From Camelus dromedarius (Eukaryota): DNA of 64,000 bases. The translations under genes were made by a program, and so were the position numbers. The notes below the pieces were generated by a model. The model was not told where the DNA came from. It saw nothing but the letters and a program-made list of their open reading frames with translations, and made no database searches. Each line of letters begins with the position of its first letter. The stretch's first letter is position 1. This document shows positions 58,901-64,000 of this stretch, one piece after another. The DNA lies in contig NC_087438.1 of assembly GCF_036321535.1 (NCBI RefSeq), positions 10,356,001 through 10,420,000 of the forward strand, given 5' to 3'.

Positions 58901-60818
58901 GAAGTTATATACCCTCTCTGTGCCTCAGTTTCCTCATCTGTAAAATGAGGACAACTCTCTTCTTCCAGACTTGTCATGAGGATTAAGTGAGTGGATAGAA
59001 AGCATTTAGTCCCTGGCTCACAGCACTATTATGTAAGCATTTTTTAAATGTCGAAAGTAATGTCACAGTAGGAAGACTTTGAGTCCAATGTCTTGGACTT
59101 GGATCGCCTGCCTCTATTTACATTCCCTCATTCAGACCACATGGCCCATTTTCCAGATGACGAGACTAAGGCTGGGGGAGGTGGGCTCGCGTTATTCCCT
59201 CCTGCAGCAGGTACCTGCAGACCACCTGCTGTGTGCAAGGCACTGCCAAGCAGCATGCCCAAGTGGTCTGCACGTCCACAGGGAAGGGTTTGAGTCTCTG
59301 CCTCCCAGTTCCCTCCAAGGGTTCAGATGCCTTGTTCCTCACTTGTCTCCACGATGAGGTTAAAAAGAAATTGCTCTCCTGGCCCTGTCGTGCCTTCAGG
59401 TGGAGGTGTGAGCCCAAAGTGCCGACGGAACATTGACAGTGGGGCCCAGCTGTGATGTGTGTGTCGCAGGCAGGGCTCTGAGTGACTGACCGAAACCTAA
59501 GCAGATCTTGCACGTTCCTCCCTCTGCAGGGCTGACCAGGGACGGCTCCTGGACTGTGTGGTGCGGTGGGGGAACCTCACAGAAGGGAAGATCAGGGCGT
59601 ATCTGGGTGAGGTTCTGGAAGCCATCCGATACCTTCACAACTGCAGGATAGCACACCTGGACCTAAAGGTTAGTGGAGTCGCAGGGACGGGAGGGCCACA
59701 CGTCTGAACCCAGTGAGGCCACGTGGTACCTGAGGCCCACTCTCAGTCTGTCTTCTGAATCCAGGCCAGGAGCCCCCAGGGACTGGGGACAAACACGAGG
59801 GGTGGGCGATGGGGGCACTGATTTCTGATCTCTGTTTTTAAGTTTGCTCTCAGTGACATATAAATAAGCAATAAAGTACCAGATAAACATTTGAGGTCCT
59901 CAGACATTTCTTGCGACTTCAGAAAGTTCCTGTGAATCTTGCTGGGTTGGTGTGCGGCTGGAGCAGCGTGACTGAGACAGGAAGGGGCACGTTGCCGCTG
60001 CTGCTGCTAGTAGGGAGGGAGCACTGGCTTCGCCCACCTGCTCGGTTAACACAGCAGCCGCGTGCTCCAGGGAGGGGCCGACCCGGCTGAGTCAGGCAGC
60101 CTCTCCCCTCGGTGTTGGCGCTTTGTCCTCCTCCCGTGGGCTTCCTCCTGTTTTGCACGTAAACGGCTGGCCCCCATCGACATCATACATTCCTGATGAG
60201 CATCCCGCTTCAGCCTAAGATAGGGGCTGACGGAAATGACAGTTGTCTTGTCCTGTCTCCTAGCCCGAAAACATCCTGGTGGATCAGAGTCTAGCCAAGC
60301 CAACCATCAAGCTGGCTGACTTTGGAGATGCTGTCCAACTCAACACGACCTACCACATCCACCAGTTACTGGGGAACCCCGAGTTTGCTGCCCCCGAAAT
60401 CATCCTCGGGAACCCGGTCTCCCTGACCTCGGACACGTGGAGCGTTGGAGTGCTGGCCTACGTGCTTCTGAGTGGCGTGTCCCCCTTCCTGGACGACAGC
60501 GTGGAAGAGACCTGCCTGAACATTTGCCGGCTTGACTTTAGTTTCCCAGATGACTACTTCCAAGGAGTGAGCCAGAGAGCCAAGGACTTCGTGTGCTTCC
60601 TCCTCCACGAGGACCCTGCCAAGCGTCCCTCGGCTGCGCTGGCCCTCCAGGAGCAGTGGCTGCAGGCGGGCCATGGCCACGGCCACAGCAAAGGCGCAAG
60701 TGTCCTGGACACGTCCAGACTGACCTCCTTCATTGAGCGGCGCAAACACCAGAACGATGTTCGACCTATCCGAAGCATTAAAAACTTCTTACAGAGCAGG
60801 CTCTTGCCTAGAGTTTGA
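22618..60818 (+). CDS. TRIO: TRIO, 3' part of spliced CDS (23 exons, ~1376 aa): linker, DH2-PH2 (RhoA GEF), SH3-2, Ig-like, Ser/Thr kinase
   Basis: The exon translations join in frame into recognisable TRIO sequence ([52 protein letters not shown]...DFG...APE; C-terminus [10 protein letters not shown]). Every intron is GT-AG with matching phases. Confidence 0.98.
24355..24525 (+). CDS. TRIO: TRIO exon (~36), [10 protein letters not shown]...PDSQDDK
   Basis: tttcag|AGA; AAG|gtaagg; 171 nt, phase 0-0. Confidence 0.96.
26101..26160 (+). CDS. TRIO: Alternative terminal exon of the short isoform Solo/Trio8/Trio[20 protein letters not shown]
   Basis: Branch-point-like TGACTAAT at ~26048, long pyrimidine tract, ctgcag|CAT. 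Phase 0 matches the upstream exon ending DDK. The 19-aa hydrophobic tail matches my recollection of the Solo/Trio8 C-terminus. Confidence 0.85.
   Translation, partial: HYVDLCSVSVLAQFPYLSI
26976..26981 (+). terminator. Candidate poly(A) signal AATAAA for the Solo/Trio8 transcript
   Basis: AATAAA followed ~20 nt later by GT/T-rich sequence (ttgtggtcgttttgtc); ATTAAA also at 26879-26884. Confidence 0.45.
27119..27214 (+). CDS. TRIO: TRIO exon (~37), ASSRLLVRP...LVKSKM
   Basis: ccgcag|GCC; ATG|gtaagg; 96 nt; GACTAAC branch point at 27071. Confidence 0.96.
27365..27850. mobile_element. MER21/MER77-like ERVL LTR remnant
   Basis: ccccaggaccagtctcaggttcag...cacagaactta...gaaaggatgcagctgaaaatcagcca resembles the recalled MER21 family. 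Confidence 0.55.
28260..28690 (-). mobile_element. Old L1 (L1ME-type) fragment
   Basis: ccagagagaaccactgtgaac..., tttttaatagct...atattccatt, ggaattgctagatcgaaggg. Confidence 0.5.
28696..28887 (+). mobile_element. Tigger2/MER8-type MITE
   Basis: Degenerate TIRs ctattgacccttcaacaac / atcgttcaagggttagcgg, with TA on both flanks. Confidence 0.75.
29815..29995 (+). mobile_element. Old L1 ORF2 fragment
   Basis: A-rich atagagataaaagcagaaattaaagagttggaaaacaaaaa, similar to L1 ORF2 (IKIRAEINEIE region). Confidence 0.55.
31089..31237 (+). CDS. TRIO: TRIO exon (~38), ALEDRPSS...SLKRR(H)
   Basis: ttccag|GCG; CA|gtaaga; 149 nt, phase 0 to 2. Confidence 0.95.
32315..32381 (+). CDS. TRIO: TRIO exon (~39), start of DH2: [22 protein letters not shown]
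   Basis: Poly-T tract + cccag|C; GAG|gtatgt; 67 nt. Confidence 0.96.
33712..33815 (+). CDS. TRIO: TRIO exon (~40), [10 protein letters not shown]...IYDWHR(D)
   Basis: ttttag|GGC; GA|gtacgt; 104 nt. Confidence 0.96.
34110..34270 (+). mobile_element. MIR fragment
   Basis: ctgtgcctccattcttcatct...atgtgaggtgcttagaac...agtaagccttaataagtgtt. Confidence 0.55.
34957..35026 (+). CDS. TRIO: TRIO exon (~41), [23 protein letters not shown]
   Basis: tttcag|C; CAT|gtaagt; 70 nt. Confidence 0.96.
35400..36575. mobile_element. Charlie1-type hAT DNA transposon remnant
   Basis: gcagatctccttaatgtgtggcttaatagaaga, ttcttaaaggtcagttgcaa, gaaaatagttttgacct...ccacacttggag; left end approximate. Confidence 0.7.
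36969..37058 (+). CDS. TRIO: TRIO exon (~42), [30 protein letters not shown]
   Basis: tcccag|GAG; GAG|gtaaga; 90 nt. Absent from the ORF track; translated by hand. Confidence 0.96.
37630..37722 (+). CDS. TRIO: TRIO exon (~43), [31 protein letters not shown]
   Basis: ccacag|GAC; AAG|gtgagg; 93 nt; DH conserved region 3 (PVQRIMKY). Confidence 0.96.
38459..38509 (+). CDS. TRIO: TRIO exon (~44), [17 protein letters not shown]
   Basis: tcgcag|GAC; GAG|gtactt; 51 nt. Confidence 0.95.
38772..38849 (+). CDS. TRIO: TRIO exon (~45), [26 protein letters not shown]
   Basis: ccgcag|AGA; GAC|gtaatg; 78 nt. Confidence 0.95.
39816..40007 (+). CDS. TRIO: TRIO exon (~46), PH2 N-terminal half, GKIVAQGK...FKNSVK
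   Basis: ttctag|GGT; AAG|gtaacc; 192 nt. Confidence 0.96.
40748..41218 (-). mobile_element. L1MA/MB-type 3' end fragment abutting the exon 41232 acceptor
   Basis: tttttatcgtggtaaaatacacataacataaa...ttatccattcatctgttgatggacacatgggttgcttc. Confidence 0.85.
41232..41409 (+). CDS. TRIO: TRIO exon (~47), PH2 C-terminal half, VSCLCLEEN...QRNFLN(A)
   Basis: tttcag|GTG; AACG|gtaatg; 178 nt, phase 0 to 1. Confidence 0.96.
41500..41710 (-). mobile_element. MIR
   Basis: cccattttacagatgaggaagctgaggcaca core. Confidence 0.85.
42287..44313 (-). mobile_element. Young 5'-truncated LINE-1 (~2.0 kb) with poly(A) tail and 13-bp TSD
   Basis: ORF2 fragments ([20 protein letters not shown]..., [16 protein letters not shown]) broken by frameshifts; T-tract at 42287-42312; TTATAATTTCTTT at 42274-42286 and 44314-44326. 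Confidence 0.95.
44408..44526 (+). mobile_element. tRNA-derived SINE of camelid type
   Basis: gtgcttagcatgcacaaggtcccaggttcaatccccagtacctcc (B-box GGTTCAATCC) plus an A-rich tail; AAATCAA occurs on both flanks. Confidence 0.8.
45821..46644 (+). CDS. TRIO: TRIO large exon (~48), [16 protein letters not shown]...QSTQSNG, Gly/Pro/Ser-rich
   Basis: ttccag|CC; GGG|gtaaga; 824 nt, phase 1 to 0; lies in a CpG-rich island. Confidence 0.95.
46645..46743 (+). CDS. TRIO: Intron read-through C-terminus [32 protein letters not shown] (Trio9L/TrioD-type isoform)
   Basis: The frame stays open past the donor to TAA at 46741-46743. [10 protein letters not shown] resembles the alternative C-terminus I recall for the human kinase-less isoform. 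Confidence 0.6.
   Translation, partial: VRAPGRLRPPAPLPLSRGSSSKPPASPPLSSY
48278..48317. repeat. Perfect 20-bp tandem duplication CAGGATGCTCACTCTGAGAT x2
   Basis: Direct reading. Confidence 0.9.
49760..49860 (-). mobile_element. L2 3' end fragment
   Basis: tgaacatgtattgagtgcctgctacatgtcagtcactgtg...agacacagtagtgac. Confidence 0.6.
50633..50880 (+). CDS. TRIO: TRIO exon (~49), SH3-2, [18 protein letters not shown]...NPDGAL(K)
   Basis: ctacag|AGT; AA|gtgagt; 248 nt; SH3 motifs HDY and EGWIP. Confidence 0.96.
51749..52124 (-). mobile_element. MLT2 (ERVL) solo LTR
   Basis: TG...CA termini; 5-bp TSD ggtcc/ggtac; caggccttcaactgattggatgaagcccacc motif. Confidence 0.88.
52360..52498 (+). CDS. TRIO: TRIO exon (~50), [11 protein letters not shown]...NKASVK
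   Basis: ccctag|G; AAG|gtgagc; 139 nt. Confidence 0.95.
53249..53276 (+). CDS. TRIO: TRIO 28-nt mini-exon (~51), LLNPNYIYD(V)
   Basis: tttcag|CTT; ACG|gtgagt; needed to convert phase 0 to phase 1. Confidence 0.94.
53481..53643 (+). CDS. TRIO: TRIO exon (~52), Ig-like domain N-terminal half, PPEFVIPL...HYSISY(S)
   Basis: gtgcag|TT; CAG|gtgagg; 163 nt; Ig motif [16 protein letters not shown]. Confidence 0.95.
53908..54029 (+). CDS. TRIO: TRIO exon (~53), Ig-like domain C-terminal half, DLGEAALKI...ASLRVL(G)
   Basis: cggcag|T; TAG|gtgaga; 122 nt; Ig motif DDGIYTC. Confidence 0.95.
55324..55402 (+). CDS. TRIO: TRIO exon (~54), [25 protein letters not shown](R)
   Basis: ttgcag|GT; CAG|gtagga; 79 nt. 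Confidence 0.95.
57154..57354 (+). CDS. TRIO: TRIO exon (~55), kinase N-lobe, GRFSVVKKC...YVLVLE(M)
   Basis: ttccag|G; AT|gtgcgt; 201 nt; G-loop and VATK lysine. Confidence 0.95.
57900..58053. mobile_element. MER20 (hAT-Charlie) remnant
   Basis: ttttgccccccaggggacacttggcaa...tttttggttatcaca. Confidence 0.7.
58860..59045 (+). mobile_element. MIR
   Basis: ctctctgtgcctcagtttcctcatctgtaaaatgagga core. Confidence 0.85.
59530..59668 (+). CDS. TRIO: TRIO exon (~56), [14 protein letters not shown]...IAHLDLK
   Basis: ctgcag|G; AAG|gttagt; 139 nt; catalytic-loop HLDLK. Confidence 0.96.
60264..60818 (+). CDS. TRIO: TRIO last coding exon (~57), PENILVDQ...DFG...LQSRLLPRV*
   Basis: tcctag|CCC; TGA at 60816-60818; 555 nt. 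Confidence 0.97.
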   Translation, partial: PENILVDQSLAKPTIKLADFGDAVQLNTTYHIHQLLGNPEFAAPEIILGNPVSLTSDTWSVGVLAYVLLSGVSPFLDDSVEETCLNICRLDFSFPDDYFQGVSQRAKDFVCFLLHEDPAKRPSAALALQEQWLQAGHGHGHSKGASVLDTSRLTSFIERRKHQNDVRPIRSIKNFLQSRLLPRV

Positions 60819-61053
60819 CCTATCCTGAAGTTCTTTCTCATTCTCTTTCACCTGCCAATCAGCTGTTAATTTGAATTGCAACGAGAACCACAAACCAACA
60901 GACCTGATCAGCTGCCGTCCGTGCATCGTGTGAAACTGTGAGCTGTGCTCGGGACTCGGGCTGCAAGCTGTGCTGGGGTGGAGGCCCTTCTCGCACATTC
61001 TGCGAGATTGGAGACAGCATTGCTGTGTCACAGTCTTTTATTCAGGTTTCTGC

Positions 61054-61077
61054 AAAAAAAAAAAAAAAAAAAAAAAA
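61054..61077 (+). repeat. A24 homopolymer inside the TRIO 3' UTR
   Basis: Direct reading. Confidence 0.9.
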
Positions 61078-61755
61078 GATAAAAAAGAAACTTTTTTAAA
61101 TGAACAGGAATCAAATTTTGCAAATTTAACATTTTCCAAGATTTATTCAAGGAAGCAAAATGCCTATGTTCAACCACTGGTGTTAACGAACAAAACAGAG
61201 ATATTGGACCCCTCTGGGGAAGGACACCCCCACCCCCAGCGGCGGCCATCCCCGCGGCCTCGTCCAGAGCTCAGGGTCCACCTGGCTCTGAGCTTTTCCA
61301 GCTGCCTGGTCTATGTGCCTCTCGCCGGGACGCCGGCGAGACTAGGCTTCTGAAACGTGCATTCAACCTCAAACTTTTGCATAAAAATAGAATGAATCGT
61401 TTTGCTCTGATGAAATGTAGGCCTTACTTGTATATAAGACTGGTCCTGCCTTCGGTCTGTCCTCTCCCCACCTGCCTTCCCTCCCGCTCCCCGCCCGCCG
61501 GCTGGGGCTTCCTCTGGGGGTCAGTGGGGTCTACCCATCCACCACCGAGGATATCAGGGTGGGTCCTGCTCCGCTGCCCCCTGCCCCCACGGCCCACCCC
61601 CAAGCCGTCAATCAGATTGTTGAGCAGTATACAGTCAGATGAAAATACTGTAAATGCACTCATTGGGGTTTTTTTTGGTTTTATTTCATATCATGTGCAA
61701 TGTTGTGGCTTTAACATTTTATGCAACTATTTATGAAGACCTCTGTTGTACCTGT

Positions 61756-61761
61756 AATAAA
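61756..61761 (+). terminator. Proximal poly(A) signal AATAAA
   Basis: TGTA motifs immediately upstream; GT-rich downstream element at ~61796-61816. Confidence 0.65.
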
Positions 61762-62607
61762 TATATAGAAAAGCACATACTTCGTACGGTGAGCTTTATG
61801 GTTTTGTGCGTTTGTCGGGGGTTGGGTGGGGTGGGGGGTCGTAGCCCTGTGCCATCGGTTCAAGGAGACTTAACTCTTCGTGGAATTTGTCAGTTTTGAG
61901 GACTGTAAAAAGTGATTTCATACTCTGAATATAAAACTGGATAATAGGGTAATGTTTTAAATTTTATTATGCTATTATTCAGAATGCCAAAGTATTATTT
62001 TTTTTCCCAAAATCAGTCTGGACATTTCCTACTTTTTAGACTTTTTGACATTCAACTTTCTGTACAAAAAAAAAAATTGGCTGGATTTTGAGCTTTTGGT
62101 AAGAAATAAATGCCAATTAAGCACTAGCCGCCTTGAGGCCGGCGTTGACGTCTGTGGCAGAGTTCACGCTGGTGTGGGAGACCTTCCACAAAAGATGCTG
62201 GGTTTCTGGGCACGCTTGAATTTTTCTGGATGTCTTTTTATCTTTGTTGTGTGAAATCCACTTTAAGGAAAAAAAAAAAAAAAAGACCAGCCCGCTTTCC
62301 CAAGCCAGCCAGACACCATCAACTGGCTTAGTTAAGCTTTGCAGCTTCCAATGTATTTTATTTATTCTTTCGTTGGGTTTTTGTTTGTTTCTTGTAAAAT
62401 TGTACAGAAACTTTTTAAAAGAAATTGGATTCAGAACTGGATGTGTATTCGTAACCTCACAACTTTTATTTGTGTGTTGTTTCATTTATTATTTCAGTTC
62501 CATTTTTATGTTATTTTGCATGTATATTTCTTTGTACAGAGACCTTCCGTGTTTACACAGTATGATGTGATGTAAATATTTTATTTTGCCATCAGTTATT
62601 TTAAAAA

Positions 62608-62613
62608 ATTAAA
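62608..62613 (+). terminator. Distal poly(A) signal ATTAAA
   Basis: Preceded by several TGTA motifs and U-rich tracts, followed by T-rich sequence; a further AATAAA lies at 62105-62110. Confidence 0.55.
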
Positions 62614-63809
62614 CATATTTGCCTGATTTTCGTCTTAGGCCTTTTATTTAAATGGGTCACTATTGAATGGAAAAGAGATCGCTGTGGGAAGAGACTGACG
62701 GACAGAGGCCTCTGGTGGGTTGGGGCGGGGGGTGGGAAGAGAATATTCTGGATGGGGAATTCACTGTGTGTGGTCCGAAACAGGAGCCAGGCAAGGTCCT
62801 GCAGACTGGGTCACAGCCCCGACTCAGAAGACATGGCGTATAAACCAGAATGTCAGCTGACTGCACAGTGGGGCTGCACCTGTCCTGGCTAGAGTGACTA
62901 AGGGACCCCCTGTTCTTGATGAGCATAGATTCAGAGCCAAGGGGAAAGCTGTAGCATCCTGGCCACAGAGAAGCATGAATAACGTGGTCCAGATGGACTG
63001 AAGAAAGTGAAGCGCTTAGGTTCAATCACCTGCGTTGGGAACAAATCCAAGGACCCACACCTGGGAAGACCCCTCCCCGCCAACCGTGGTGGCTACTGCC
63101 TGCTTCTGACAGCAGGTCCTCTCCCCTGGTGACCCCCGGCATCCCTCTTGTTTTGATTCCTTTTTGCTTTCTTGTTTTGAATTCACTACCCCTGGGATGG
63201 TGACTTACTTTGCTCAGCACACCATAAAGGTTTTACTTTTCATCTGTTTGCTGAAATCCCGAAGTTCAGTGTGAAAGGACGACATTTGGGCCAAGACCCT
63301 GGGTCCAGGCACGGGAAGCTCGTGCTCCCTGAGGTGAGTGCTTCCTCCTGGATCCCAGGGACATCAGTGCTCAGTGGGCTCTGAAAAGATGGAAACGCGG
63401 GGTCGGTTCTAACTTGAGCAACAGGGGAGGCAAGGGTCTGCTGGTTTTAATTGGACACTTGCTGAATGATGTAAGGATGCTTGTGAGTTAGCAAAGCATC
63501 TCGCAGGTGAAAAGTGGCCTGTCGCGATCACAACCCAGATTTCTCAAATAGCAAAATATTATTTTGCATGTTACTATTTATGTATTTTTTTTAAATCCGA
63601 GCATTCTCTTTAGCTCTAACAGAAAAAAGATCACCAGTATTTTAGCAACATAAATTATGAGCATCATCTTATAGCAAGTCATATCTAAAGGATATTAGGC
63701 CATCTTAGACCACTGGAAAGAAAGGTGCTTTCAACTGTACACTTTTCAGACAACTGTAGAGACAGAATTCGTGGGACTGATAGATTGCTCTGTGTGTACA
63801 TGTGTGGTT

Positions 63810-64000
63810 TAACTTAAAAAAAAAATAAGATACACAAACCATGATTATATAGCTTAATACATTTCTATAGGTATATTTGTATCTGTGATTGCCATCCAAA
63901 GCAAAACAATCCAACATTTCCATCATCCCCGAGAAAGTCCGCCCTGCCCCCCCCAGTCAGTCCCTCCCTGCCACCCACTGGCGGACGCCTGAATCTTTCC
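63810..64000 (-). mobile_element. Old L1M 3' end fragment downstream of TRIO
   Basis: aacatttccatcatccccgagaaagtcc...ctgccc...cagtc pattern. Confidence 0.5.

Larger units (their letters stand above)
60819..62635 (+). other. TRIO: TRIO 3' UTR (end approximate)
   Basis: AU/U-rich sequence after the stop codon, with no interspersed repeat that I recognise, running to the ATTAAA at 62608. Confidence 0.7.

Noticed and set aside
61054..61077. A24 run as a possible transcript end or retrocopy tail
   Set aside because: Genomic homopolymer with no canonical upstream poly(A) signal or TSD; it would cause oligo-dT internal-priming artefacts
62640..64000. Possible Tgat-type downstream terminal exon of TRIO
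   Set aside because: I could not identify its acceptor or peptide from the sequence alone
1..64000. CRISPR arrays, operons, rRNA or phage/defence systems
   Set aside because: The sequence is a spliced mammalian gene with eutherian repeats; no regularly spaced repeats or prokaryotic gene structure seen

Overview
Mammalian genomic DNA, most likely camelid (camel/alpaca/llama), judged from the style of a tRNA-derived SINE and a young L1. The window holds the 3' half of TRIO (Trio Rho guanine nucleotide exchange factor) on the + strand. I traced 23 constitutive coding exons by hand between 22618 and 60818. All have AG/GT boundaries, the phases join without a break, and they total 4130 nt including the stop. 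They encode the post-SH3 linker, the RhoA-specific GEF2 (DH2-PH2), a Gly/Pro/Ser-rich region, SH3-2, an Ig-like domain and the Ser/Thr kinase, followed by a ~1.8 kb 3' UTR. Counting back from the last exon, these correspond to human exons ~35-57. Bases 1-22617 are the distal part of a large intron. The isoform machinery is visible in the sequence: the Solo/Trio8 terminal exon (26101-26160), an internal donor in the large exon that gives an immediate stop (Trio9S/TrioA-type), and an intron read-through C-terminus (Trio9L/TrioD-type). The most interesting candidates lie in the large intron. They are a CpG-island internal promoter with a phase-compatible coding first exon (5170-5284), a second phase-compatible first exon (15701-15767) and an in-frame 84-nt cassette exon (7653-7736). 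The rest is typical eutherian repeats (L1, L2, MIR, Tigger, Charlie/MER20, MLT2, MER21-like). Most ORFs in the supplied track are spurious. No prokaryote-type system is present. Repeat family names and human/mouse comparisons are from recall, not from a database search.
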